From Eledone cirrhosa (lineage: Eukaryota), in assembly GCA_964016885.1 (NCBI GenBank), contig OZ024743.1, positions 213,714,001 through 213,778,000 on the forward strand: a DNA stretch of 64,000 bases, given 5' to 3'. Made by a program: the position numbers and the translations under genes. This document shows positions 50,908-64,000 of this stretch, piece by piece; the stretch's first letter is position 1, and each line of letters opens with the position of its first letter. The notes under the pieces were generated by a model, which was not told where the DNA came from, searched no databases, and was given only the letters and a program-made list of their open reading frames with translations.

Positions 50908-53900
50908 AGTCGCACAGTTAACTGAACTTTATTAATGCACCACTGACTTAAAAGTCTAACAAGCAGTGGAATGTGTTATATATCCACATTAATCTATCGA
51001 ATATTTTAAATACATTTGGCGTTTTATAAGCAATATATTGGTGAATAGTTAAGAAGAATTCTCTGTCACGGAGGAAATCTTTTCATAGGTTGGAAAATAA
51101 CTATTTCTTCTCCTCTTTATTAGACCACCAAAGCATTCAATGCAATATGATTGTGGACAGAGTTAAAATTACGTCTACTATTTTCTAATCTTCATTTTTG
51201 TTTCTAAATGTATAATGATGATACGGAGATTCCGCTGCTGATCGCATCATAGTAATTATTTATAGCTTTGTGGCTATTAGTTTGTTATTGAGAATAGAAC
51301 ATGTACAGTGTATCTAACAAGATGCGAATGATCGATCCAAATGTCATCTCTTTATTTATTTATCAGATGACGAGTTCAAAATATCGCTAGCTAAACGTTA
51401 ATTATGAGAAAATTTCTTGCTAAGACATTATTCTAATTTCTATAAAAGTATGATACACATCAGGTGATTACAATCGAATTCTGGTATATTTTAATCCCTT
51501 TTTAAAGTAAACAACAATGTAATTGTTATCAATACATTGTCAGTTTAAGCATGATCTCAACGGAAGAAATTAAATCACCACCAACAGAGCTTTCTGCAAT
51601 CAATACTGTAGTAATCAGCAAGATTGAAGTAGTTTGATGTTGTGCCAACACAATAGCACTTTAATCATTGTCAACACATAGTAATATAACTGCCATAAAT
51701 ACCGTGGCAACCTTTGGCAAGTGTCTCTAGAGTGGAGTTGTGTTCACTCAGAGACGAACCTATCACAGAGACTTAGTTCTCGATGTAGCTATTAGAATAA
51801 AGTAAAATAAATATGTAAATTACCCAATCACGTTTTCTCTACCCAATAAATCTAAAGCAATTTCACTGACATAAATGCTGAAGTATAAGATAATATCCAG
51901 AGATTACCAAATTAAGGACAGTGAACATACACATCAATAAAACGTAATTCTAATCAACATTGAAATATTGGATTCATTACTGAAACATGACACTTGGTTC
52001 AGACTTTCACTTGCAATATCTTCAATATCTTTTAAATTTATTTTCACTCTATGGGGTCCAAGTACATTGAAAATAAAGCTGAGAGGAATTAACTGATTTT
52101 ATTGCCTTGAAGTGTGGCAAAACGAATTAAAAGCAAACTTAATTATCAGCGACTGAACGAGTATTGATCTTCTACACCAGCACATGCCTAACGGACTTAA
52201 ACGACACCACTTACCAACTGGTACTTACCATGTAGTTGGTCGGATTAAATAAATTAAAATAATTATTACCACTACCAAAGAAGACTAATTGTTAGGATTT
52301 GCACTGCCTATAAACGCAGTTAGCAATGATAATGAGTTTTAGAATATTAATATGTCTCATGCTTGGAATCTGAATGCGTACAAAAGAATTATAAGCGTGT
52401 ATAAAACCGCCTTCGAAAAGATCTATTATCATTACTTGCTTGCAATACTGTTGTTCAAAATAAACAATTATAGGATGTTCAGCCTCCCATTCTGTCCCTT
52501 CCTCATCTGAGGACACTATCTGAAGTGTCAAAAAGTATTGACAATACACTTTATATAGTTATGTACACCATATAATGTGAAAAGGTAATATACACATCCT
52601 TCAATTCTTAATGTGTCTATCTGTGTGTTTAGCTGTGCTCATTGAACATTATAAGCATCTAGATTGATAAATGAAATAATGTGTTTAAGAAAAACAGTTT
52701 TATTGTATTTAATTTTAAGCCAAATATTTCTTTCAATAGGAAAAAAACCCAACTGGTTCAGGGACAAGACAACGAATGAAACAAATATATATTTCGACCG
52801 CACCCTTCGTGGCCGTTAGGCCGACGAAGAGAGTTATCATAATAACAGCAACATAACTAACCAGTCTTCAAATTAATCCACTAAAATCTTAGCAGCATAC
52901 TTCGACGTCACACGTGTCGAAGCAATCGCTGCAAAAGATAATACAAAAGAAGCTATTTTCCCCATAGACCTTTATAGATTTATCGAATATCGTTTGTGCG
53001 ATCGATTGCGTAAGAGAAACCCTATACTATAGGTTTAGATACGTACATTTATGTTCTGAATTTAATTCATATAAAAGTCTAATGTTTTTCCTTCAACCTT
53101 GTACACGACTAGATATCGTAGCTTTGTAGCCCACCTTTGTTCAAAATTGAGAAAAAGTAAATTTATTTGTGTCACATCCTTAATATTTTGTGAGAACACA
53201 CGCGTTTTGATAAACTGTAGTCTGAGCCAAACCAAGTCCACAACATAAATGTAACGATGGAAAAGATACTAATACCAACAGGTTAACAGAAAACATTATA
53301 TTAGATATCAATGTCGAATTGGGAATATGTCAACTGCTTTCCAGACAATGTAAATGTCTCCAATGGAGAATAGTAACATTGTTATAGTGGAGATTGGTTA
53401 AGGATATGACTATTGCTTTTCAGCTTTGTTTATAATACAAAATATAATTTTCTTAAGAAACAAATTCACGAGAACATTACTTGTATTTATTTAATAGCTG
53501 TTTATGTTAGAATAAGTTGAACGTGTTAAAACGACTATGAATACTACCCAAGTATCACCCCCACTCTGATAGCTTTGTGACCAACCCTGCAGCATTGGAG
53601 ACTGCCAGCGTTCTTGACCCCCGAACTACATCCCTGTTCACTGCTATCGGAGCACAGCTACTCGCAGATGTGAGCCCTTCCAGGTGGAGTGGCTGTACCA
53701 GAGGGTCTTCCTTGCCCTCCTCCGGGGCAATGTCTTCTTCATCCTCTCGGCCAAAACCAAGGGGCAGAAAACATATTAGGATAAGAGTACGGTTGCAGTC
53801 TTCAGAGGAAAAGTTTAATAATGCTGACACACACACGCTCACACACACGCATTCATACACGCACTCATACATCATGCATTAGCAGTATACTTATATAGAA

Positions 53901-54111
53901 AGCTATTGTATTTTAATTATCTGCCACCTCATCGATTCTCTTCATTCTGGAGTTTCCTAGTAGTTTTATATTCTGTATATCATTTTGAACCAATATTAAA
54001 ATGATATCTGCAGCGTTAGTATTCGAGGGTAATTATCATCCGAGATGGTTTGGCGATAATTGCCCTTAGCGTATATAGGTTTGTGTTTTGGTCTAGAGGT
54101 TGCTTCATATA

Positions 54112-54154
<43 letters not shown>

Positions 54155-54179
54155 GCAACCTCTAGACCAATACACACAC

Positions 54180-54212
<33 letters not shown>

Positions 54213-54677
54213 TACATATATATATATAACCCAATATATTTATCTATATGTTTTCGACTGCAATTAGACACGATAGCTAATATCAAATGCGTGCCTAAAG
54301 CTGAATAACTTAGTTTATTGCATTGTAAACTAAATTTGATATGTATTAACTAACAGTTGTTCCGCTTAAATGGTTTTAACTATATAATATAATCAAATAT
54401 ATATTTGAATGTATTTAGAATTCATTTGATATTAAAAATATGTTTGATGTTAAAATATATATTGATGGTATGTTCGCGTAAGTGCAAGCATTGCATGATG
54501 TCAAGACGAAAATATAATCCTCCATTTAAAATGAAATGATTGTATACAAATTGTCAAAAATCTTTCTAGCAATATGAGTACGTGGCAAAATACTTCTATT
54601 TCTTCCAATACTCCCGTATTTTGTGTACTATTAGATTATGATACGGATATGCAATGAAGGATGGTTCAGTTCAATGA

Positions 54678-54769
<92 letters not shown>

Positions 54770-54841
54770 ATATGTAAGCCTGCATGTATGTTTGTATGTA
54801 TGTACCTATGTACGTATGTATATAAATATATGCATATATAC

Positions 54842-55108
54842 ATTTGTTCACGCTCAGAGTTGCTGAAGCATGGAACAAACTACCTGCATCAGTTATTAGC
54901 TGTCGAGACACTGCATTCTTTAAAACCTCCATGCTTCCTGAGATTCGCCAACACTACATCTAATATTCCCCCTCCACACGTGTATATCATGACTCATACA
55001 CTATTCACTTCCCTGACATTTGTATATAAGTCTATGTACTACACATGCACCTTTGATGAGTTGTAGTGCACCTGAGCACTGTACACAATAATTTAATTAT
55101 TATTATTC
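54842..55108 (+). mobile_element. 3' end of a CR1/L2-like LINE
   Basis: RVAEAWNKLPASV motif, then 3' UTR and (ATT)n tail. Confidence 0.7.
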
Positions 55109-56164
55109 ATATATATAATAATCTGTAATAATCAAGGCAAACTACTGCACATATGTATGAATGTGTGTGTGTTTGTATATACATATATATATATATGTAT
55201 GTGTCTCTGTGTGTGAGTGTGCACGTGTGTATATCTTATAAATTATTGAATCACGTTGGTGAATTGAAATTAGCTGTAACAACACTTGTTCACCATAAAT
55301 AATAGTTTACATAATCGAGTAAGCTACCATGCATCATAATCAACCTTAAATATTACTAATTGATATAACAATTATAATGCAAAGTAGGAGATGCGTTTAT
55401 TAATTGTTCAAGGAATGTAAACTTCACTAAAATCTCTCATCTTTTAAAAACCTGAGAAAATGCTCATGATGTCGTGTGCCTTATAATGAAATACATGGAA
55501 ATATTTCGGGGAATAAAATGATTTATTCACTTTTATCACCGCTGGCAGATTCATGAACATTCTACATGTTTTACTAAAAGTCCAGCGATTCGTCTAATCT
55601 ACTACATTTGACATATATAGCTACAAATGACTGCAAATGTTCAAATCTTCTTTCAAACATATCACTGGTATTTTTTCAAATTTACCACAATCCATATTAT
55701 ACTATATCACCTATTCTAGCTATTATAGTAATGAAAGTTATAAAACTCAATCGCATCAAATCTGAAACTTAAAAACATACATAGTTACAAATAATAACTG
55801 CCAAAGTTCGTTGATTTAAAATTAATAACGATAAAAATTATTACTGCCGACATAAATACTAAAAATGAAAAAGAAATGCATTGTGTGTAACTTGGCAGCA
55901 GATTTTGTCGTAAATTACTTTTGCTGTTGTTACTCTCTGTGTGTAGCAGTGCTAAAACTTTTGTGCGAAAGCCGAAGCTGCATTTTATTAGATAAAACTT
56001 TCAAGAGGGAGACCATTAAGTAATTACTAACACCAGGGAATACACAAACCTACAAAATCTCGACATATGACTATATACAATGGTACATATATATATATAC
56101 GGAGATATGTATATAAATATATATATATGTATATAAATATATAATTATATATATTATATGTATA

Positions 56165-56200
<36 letters not shown>

Positions 56201-56217
56201 TATATATTATATGTATA

Positions 56218-56258
<41 letters not shown>

Positions 56259-56374
56259 GGATATATGGATATAAATATATATATATGTATATAAATATAT
56301 AAATATATATATTATATGTATATAAATGTATATATATATATATGTATATAAATATATATATCATATGTATGTAA

Positions 56375-56411
<37 letters not shown>

Positions 56412-56598
56412 CTGAGCCGTCGGGGTCCTACTCGTTCCTATATATATATATATATATATATATGTAAGTATATGTTCATATATATATGCAATATATATGC
56501 ATACATACATGCCTCAAACACATACATACTAATAAACATCCATACATACAAACACACGGCACCCTAAATGTACCACACGCACACACATGCACACCCCA

Positions 56599-56631
<33 letters not shown>

Positions 56632-56648
56632 GAGTTTTAATATAGATG

Positions 56649-56699
56649 AGATTCTACAGGACTAGAACTGTTTCATTCTTTAGAAATCATCAGGAATCT
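56649..56699 (-). ncRNA. Type I HHR within a ~120-bp fold-back (56632-56752)
   Basis: AGATTC-CTGATGA-T TTC TAAA GAA T-GAAA-CAG TTCTAGTC CTG-TA-GAATCT. Confidence 0.8.
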
Positions 56700-56850
56700 T
56701 TTCTAAAGAATGAAACAGTTCTAGTCCTGTAGAATCTCATCTATATTAAAACTTTTATACTCTGGTATGTATTGAGTACCTTACTTACTGTGGTTACCCC
56801 CGACTCAATCCGGAATAACTTATCTATATGTATATATATATATATATACA

Positions 56851-56946
<96 letters not shown>

Positions 56947-57099
56947 TATAGAGCATTGAATGTATTGTGCAAAATTTATTAAATCAACAAATGTCACATT
57001 TCACTTCATAGATACGTTTCACTTATGTGTGAGTTTATGCACATGTATATATATATATGTGTGTGTGTGTGTATGTATATATATATATGTCTGTATATG

Positions 57100-57135
<36 letters not shown>

Positions 57136-57150
57136 TTACAGGTATGTATA

Positions 57151-57183
<33 letters not shown>

Positions 57184-57218
57184 GTATATATATATGTATA
57201 TATATACATGTGTGTATG

Positions 57219-57250
<32 letters not shown>

Positions 57251-57298
57251 CATACATATATATATATATATATATACATATATACACACACACACATA

Positions 57299-57343
<45 letters not shown>

Positions 57344-57395
57344 TTATCTGTAAATACATATATATATATACACACACACACATATATATATATAC

Positions 57396-57444
<49 letters not shown>

Positions 57445-57879
57445 TAACAGTGTGTGATTCTATATGTACGTATTGTGTACGTATTTATTTATGTATGAAC
57501 AATGCCTAAAACCTTTTATTGATAGACATAAACATTTATATTTTTCCATTATCGTTTGAAAGTTATGACAAAATCTATGTTTTTCTGTTTACTGATTATA
57601 AAGAGTGAGGAGAATTATCTAGTTTAACTACAATTTAAAGAGTGTTTTGTTTGTTTGATAGGGGAGAGCACATGATCGATTATATGAAACTGATGTTTAT
57701 ACTCATATATATATGTGTGTGTGTATGTATATATATTATATATGTGTTTTTGTGTGTTTGTCTATGTGTAAGCATAAGCATAAAGGTAATGTAAATTTCA
57801 TGGAAATGCGTACACACATACGCACACACATATATATGGTTGCTATTGCTATTATTATTATCATTAATATTATTATTAA

Positions 57880-58568
57880 AGGGCGGTGAATTGGCAGTAT
57901 AGGTAGAGGTTCGGACGCTATGCTTTGACGCATAGAATTACTGCCCTTGCCATTCTTATTTCGAATCCCGCCGAGGTTAACTTTGCCTTTCATCCTTACG
58001 GGGTCGATAAAATAAAGTACTAGTAATGCACTGGCTAATTGCTGTCCTTGTGCCAAAAAGTAGAAACAATTATTATTATTGGTGGATTGGCTGTATCAGT
58101 GAAGGATCGGATACCATGCTTTGCAGCATGGAGTTACGCCCCTTTATGGTCTGTGTTCAAATCCCGTTTAGGTCAACTTTGCCTTTCATCCTTACGAGGT
58201 CGATAAAATAAAGTATCAGTAACCTACTGGAGTCGATTTAATCGACTTTCCCCTGCACCCCCCCCCCCCAAAAAAAAATTACTGGTTTTGTGTTGAAACT
58301 AGAAATCATAAGGGCGGTGGGTTGGCAGTATCGGTAGAGGGTCGGGCGCCATGCTTTGACGCTTAGAGTTACGGCCCTTGCCATTCTGATTTCAAATCCC
58401 GCCGAGGTTAACTTTGCCTTTCATCCTTACGGTGTCGATAAAATAAAGTACCAGTAATGCCAAAAGTAGAAACAATTATTATTATTATTAGTAAAATAAA
58501 GTACCAGTAATGCACTGGGTAATTGCTGGCCTTGTGCCTAAAGTAGAAACAATTATTATTATTATTAT
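57880..58568 (+). mobile_element. Cluster of three SINEs plus a 3' fragment
   Basis: gggcggtgaattggcagtat heads at ~57880, ~58080 and ~58311, with B boxes and (ATT)n tails. Confidence 0.9.
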
Positions 58569-58718
58569 TGGTCTAAGCGGACGTATTTTGCCTGCTCCCA
58601 GTAAGTCGCTTTATTTGCCTGTTAAAATTATTTGTTCTTAAATATTTCTGGTTGTGTAAATGATATAAGCCCTTAACCCGTTGGCCCAAATATTTGAATT
58701 TTTTTTACATGTTAAAAC

Positions 58719-60670
58719 ATGAACGGTGAAAAAAAAAACATGGCTGAGCCACGCTCCCCAGCAATATGTCTGCTGTCGTGCGACAACGACGTGGAAGTTG
58801 AGAGGAGCGCTACAGCGAAATTAACACAAATTGATAACACAAACACCACCACAAACAATGTAAACAAAGACACCAATGATACCAATGATAACTCTAATTT
58901 TGAAAAAATGACAGTAACAGCGACAACGAAAATACAGATAACAAAAAAGAAAAATAACAATATCAACACCACTAACATGAAAACAAATAACAACAACACC
59001 AACAGCACCGAGAACAACGGTGGCAACAAAGACAACAATGACAACAGCGACAATGCTAACAACAACACCAACAAGAACAACGACAACGACCACAACACCC
59101 CCAACGAAAACAAGAAGAGCACTTTCGCTGCGGCAGCAGCAAAAAAGAGGCCATGCTTCAACATGGACCTCTGAAACAAAGATGAAAAGTTGGCCCAGGC
59201 ATGGAAGCTCATCAAACAAGAGCAAACCTGGGCCAACTTAATTGTCCCGGTAGAAGCTATTGAGGCAGTGGAGCGCAGAACGGTGCATTATAGATGCATC
59301 TCAGCACAAACCAAAAGGGCAGCTTTAATACCGCAAGAAGATGTCGAAGTCGCGATGTGGTGCATCAGAGAAGACACCGAATACATAGAGAGTGGCAGAG
59401 AGTACGGCACCATTTCGGTGTTGTTAAAGTCAGAAGCCCTCGCTATGAAACACGCGATGACTCCTTGCAAAACCAGCAAGCTCATAATGTACCCCTCCCA
59501 CATGGGGAAAAAAAACGGCCCGTCTCCGCATTCGCAGAATGCCACCAGGACTTGACATGTGGTGGCTTCTGGTATGTGTGATTGTGGAGGAGACGGATAC
59601 CGTCCCTATAGAAGTGACCAGAACGGCCAGAGAGGACTGGTCCAGGGTTGACCTGGAGATCCTTCTCCAGATCAGGCCCAAGAATGTGAAGACAATCCCG
59701 GACCACATCCGCCTTCAGAATGGAACGGTCATTCACATTATGACCGAAGGCAAAAGGCCGCAGTGTTTTGTTTGTGGGGAAAAAACCATTTGCGAGCCTT
59801 CTGCCCTCAACTACTGAAAGAGGCAAGGGGTCGAAAGGCTCCACTTCTGCCGACGCCGGGGCGAGGACCATAACCAACACCAGCACCGGCAAAACCACCA
59901 CCAACAACACCAATAGAAAGACCACCACCAACATTGACCACCCAGGGGGAAACGAGGAAAGCTGTCAAATTCCCCTTCCCCCCAAAAAAAATACACACAC
60001 CAATAAAACCATAAACATACATGCAGACACACTTTCAGACACAGACCCCTCATCTACCAGTAGTAAAGATGAGGGAAAACCAAAATCCCCCAAAATACAA
60101 ACAAGGAAACACAAAAAGAAAAAAAAAAATCAACAAAACACAAAATCACCGACAATAAAAAATGCAGACACCACCCACGCAAATATTTCTCCAATAACAC
60201 CAACATCAACACCACCATCACCATCACCAGAATCCCCCAAACGCAAACAACCTAAACAGACGCAAGAACAAATATACACACAAACATCTGAAACCACAGA
60301 CACCTCACTCACAACAAATGCAGATACAACCGAAACAACACCACCACAGCGACGCAAACAAATAAAATCACACCAACAAAAGATACAAAACTCCGTGCTC
60401 GTCAGGAGGGCCAACAAGGAACTGATGGCCCTCGTAGCACGAAGTGAAAATATACAAAAAGAGGGGGAAATTTTTAAATCGAGCACATTTCGCGTGCCGG
60501 AAGATTTGATTCTGGTGCGAATGTCGCTCGATATATTCAAAGAAATACGAGACAGCTTTCTTCGGGACGTGGGAACCCCGAACGTAAAACCCACTTCAAG
60601 ACTTTTAAAGGGGTTCCCAAAAGAAACCCCACCAACTATGGAGGTCGAACGTCCTGGACGTGAACAATAA
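58719..60670 (+). pseudogene. ORF1 of Tx1/L1-like LINE, disrupted
   Basis: Low-complexity N/T-rich N-terminus, TFAAAA motif, RPQCFVCG zinc-knuckle remnant; split across 58719-59174, 59190-59555, 59539-59817 and 59768-60670. Confidence 0.7.
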
Positions 60671-63600
60671 CGAAGGTGGTGCCTTTACACTGGTGGCTGT
60701 CTATGCTCCTACTGGGGCAGGACAGCCGGACTTCTTTAGACGCCTGGAAGCCTTTCTGGGTACGTCTCGCCCTTTACTGTTAGCGGGGGACTGAAACGGC
60801 ATCTTAGACGCACGCTGGGACGGTGTGGGAGTATCCGATAGGAGCAGAGGTTAAAAAAGCCTCAAGAACCTGATCAGCCAGTTCTAACTGTCTGACAGGT
60901 ACCGACTAGATTTCCCTAATGCGCCAGTGTGGACCTGGGTTAACAGCATAGGGTCATCTAGATCGTATATAGACAGGATATTCATTAGGAAAATAGACGG
61001 AAATAGTGTAAGCTGTCCACGTTTTGAAACGGTCGCCTATTCAGATCACAAGTTTGTGATCTGTATGGTGGACCTAGATAAGACGCGTAGGTTAGGACCT
61101 GGTTACTGGAAGCTAAACATGTCATTTTCGACACGTAAGGCTTACAGGGACCAGGTCAACAATTTAGTTAAGAAAAGGTTGACAGGGGGAGTCGTCAACA
61201 ATAGATGGTGGGGAGCTCTCAAAAGAGAGATTAGAGTAATGTCGATAGAGTTTAGCAAAGAAGTAGCGTTAGAGAAAAATAGAAAGAATGGGGAGTTGGT
61301 AGATAAGTTAGACGAGGCTATTGGTAGTGGCATTGCAACTGACGTGCTAGCTGCGAGAATGTCATTAGACCATTTCTTCAATGCGAAACACGAAGGTTGC
61401 ATTGTCAGAGCTAAGGCGCGTGCTCTGAGAAACGAGGGAACCAAAGCTGTTCGATGGGCCCGCGTGGCACAGGCGCAGCGTGGAAATAAAACCACGATTC
61501 GGTCTTTGACGGACCGAGACGGGCACGAGCTGAGCGATTCTAAGAGGATGTGTGAGGACTTTCGCCAACATTTTGCTCGGTTGTTCGGGGGAAGTGGTGG
61601 GTCAGAGATGCTGGCGGACTTTAGTCCCTACCTCGATGGCTTGCCGCAACTCTCGACGGCTGACGCTGGGTGCTGCGAAAGGCCAATTACTTCAGCCGAG
61701 ATTCAGGAGGCCCTTGTCGGCTGCATGAGGCGGAAGTCAGCAGGTATCGATGGTCTGCCCTACGAGCTTTACGTAAATATGCCAGACTTGTTCTCCAATC
61801 TCCCCGAAGCCCTCTACTGCAACTGGCAGCAAAACGGGAGTATTCCCAGTTCTGTGAGCCGGGGCGTAGTGACGCTGATAAGGAAAGACGAGAAAAAGAG
61901 GGACACATTAGACAATTTCAGGCCCATAACTCTGCTCAACACAGAGTTTAAGATTTTGGCCAGGGTGTTAGCGAAGAGGTTGGCGAGAATTTGGTTGGGG
62001 AGGCGCAAAATTGCGCAACCCAACTAGGTCCATACACGACAACCTGCACCTAATGCAATACATGATAGAGAGGGTAGGGTGTAAACCTGGCTTCGGTGTG
62101 GCTCTGATCAATTTAGATCAATCGAAAGCATTCGATAGGGTCGACCATCGGTACCTGGAGGCTGTCCTCAAGTCGGCTGGCTTCGGCCCTGTCTTCAGAA
62201 GCTGGATCGCTGCAATGCACAGCGGCACCTGCTCGATGGTCAAAATTAATTGTTTCTATTTTAGGCTCAAGGCCAGCAATTACCCAGTGCATTACTGGTA
62301 CTTTATTTTATCTACCCTGGTAAGGATGAAAGGAAAAGTCAACCTCGGCGGGATTTGAACTCAGATCGTAAAGTGACGTAACTATGCTGGAAAGCATGGC
62401 GTTCGACCATCTACCAATACTGCCAATCCACCGCCCTTTGGCGGTGGATTGGCAGTATCGGTAGAGGGTCGGACCGATGGTCAAAATTAATGGCCACCTC
62501 TCGGAACCGTTTCAGGTCTCCCGATCGGTACGTCAATGGTGCCCTCTCTCCTCCCTTCTGTACGTATTGACTCTCGAGCTTTTACTGCGGAAGCTGGAGC
62601 TGTTGCAGGGCATCGCGCTCGAACCGGGACGCGGAAAGGCTGTGTCGGCTTATGCGGACGACATCACCGTGATGGTGTCGGACACCTCAGAAATCGAGGT
62701 GGTCGGCAACTTATTGGAGGAATATGAAAGGTTGACGGGAGCAAAACTTAACTCGGAAAAGTCGGTGGGCTTGCAACTCGGCACATGGAGAGGCAAGTCT
62801 ATGCCGTCCAACAGCGTCGTTAGGCGCTGGATGGACGGACTGGTAAAGTTGCTAGGGGTTTGGATCGGGCCAGACCTCCAGGTGGATAAGAATTGGGACG
62901 AGGTGACGGGCAGGGTAGCCAGTCTCACTCAGAGATGGGCTGGGATGAAGCTATCACTGAAAGGTCGGGCGGAGGTGGCGAACCCGTACATCGCTTCCGT
63001 CATCTACTACCGTCTGACCGTTGTCCCTTTCGCCCGTTCGGGCCTCGCCATCTTGGAGCGGCTCCTCTTCAAATTCTTGTGGAGGGGTCAGGTTCCGTCG
63101 TTGAGGCGGTCCATCTGCTGCCAGCACCCTCTACGTGGAGGGCTGGGCATGCCGTGGCTAATGATGCGCAGGCACGCGCTGAGGCTGCGGCATCTCCAGA
63201 TATTCTGCCTAAACGGTGAACAGGTGTGGTCGCCGTTTGTCAGACGGGCCTTCCGCAGCTCCTTTCTTTGACTGAGCTGCAGTCCTGGGTCAAGAAGAGA
63301 CCGAGACTGGGTGACTGGCATCTGGAATGTTGCCAGGCACTCACTGCCCTCTACCAGGCGGGCAATGCGGTCAGTGGAACTTCCACTCTCGAGTTCTATA
63401 GAGGATTAGTGGTGGCCAAGTGCGACGACGCACTCGGAGAGACTCTGGGAGTCAACGAAGTCGAACTAACCAGTCTGTACCGGAGGACTTTCGAGTCGGG
63501 GACGATGGATAATTTCCAAAAATCCCTCGCTTGGCAGTGCTACCGGGGGGGGGGGGAAACTGCCGGTTCAACATAAACTCTACAGGCACGGAAGTGCTGT

Positions 63601-64000
63601 CAGACGGACCTGCCCGAGATGCGCGCAGAGCGACGAAACCGTTTTGCACGCACTCGTACAGTGCCCGTGCATTACTGACTTGTGGAGTTATGTCGAACAG
63701 CTGTTGTCGCGTGTAGAACGGATCCGGCTATCGGCCGAGTCCATGGTGAAGATCGACCCGCCGCCTTCTTTTGGCCTGGAAGGGCAGGCAATTTTCCTCT
63801 GTCTGGTGGCAGTAGCGAAAGAGGTTGTATGGTGGACGAGGTTGAAAGGACTGAAGACAGGCACTTTTCTCTTCGGCCAATCCCTCATCAACTTTTTCAA
63901 GTTTCACTTGGAAAGGAAGGTGAGGGTGGAGAGAGAAGTGCTGCTCCCCCAGTACATTTGCTGAAAGGTGGTGAATGTGGCGAGAATGGCCCGTGTGAGT
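60650..64000 (+). pseudogene. ORF2 of Tx1/L1-like LINE (APE endonuclease + RT), disrupted and running off the window
   Basis: VAVYAP, SYIDRI, YSDH, GYWKLN, GIDGLPYE, NFRPITLLN, LDQSKAFDRVDH, YADD, GGLGMP, C-terminal CPRC..H...C. Confidence 0.92.
62251..62474 (-). mobile_element. SINE inserted in the LINE RT, with 17-bp TSD and inverted head duplication
   Basis: TSD cgatggtcaaaattaat at 62234-62250 and 62475-62491; 62440-62474 is an inverted copy of the SINE head. Confidence 0.92.

Noticed and set aside
52790-52832. Hairpin cttcgt..acgaag next to GAAA on the minus strand
   Set aside because: No CUGANGA box; single occurrence

Overview
AT-rich, microsatellite-saturated animal DNA with no convincing host gene. 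The tRNA-derived SINEs resemble those of octopod cephalopods (inference). The first ~49 kb is a nest of Penelope-like retroelements (PLEs) of Naiad type, with SLKNIP and DKT N-terminal motifs, YRDD RT, a Cys linker and a GIY-YIG endonuclease, from at least six families. Almost all are head-to-head inverted pairs inserted in (TA)n. The centrepiece is a very young 14.5-kb insertion (28829-43340): an inverted 3' arm plus two near-identical 6188-bp units, each with an intact ~813-820 aa ORF. Reading the non-coding 3' ends by eye reveals type I hammerhead ribozymes (HHRs) in most families, several with greatly enlarged stem II (38, 48, 61 and 116 nt). There are two non-coding HHR repeat families (retrozyme-like): a 422-bp array with six HHRs nested in a PLE 3' UTR, and a 683-bp unit beginning exactly at its predicted cleavage site. 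One PLE has in-frame TGA at two conserved Cys positions (possible selenoprotein). The right end holds a decayed Tx1/L1-like LINE interrupted by a SINE. All ribozyme folds are manual predictions.
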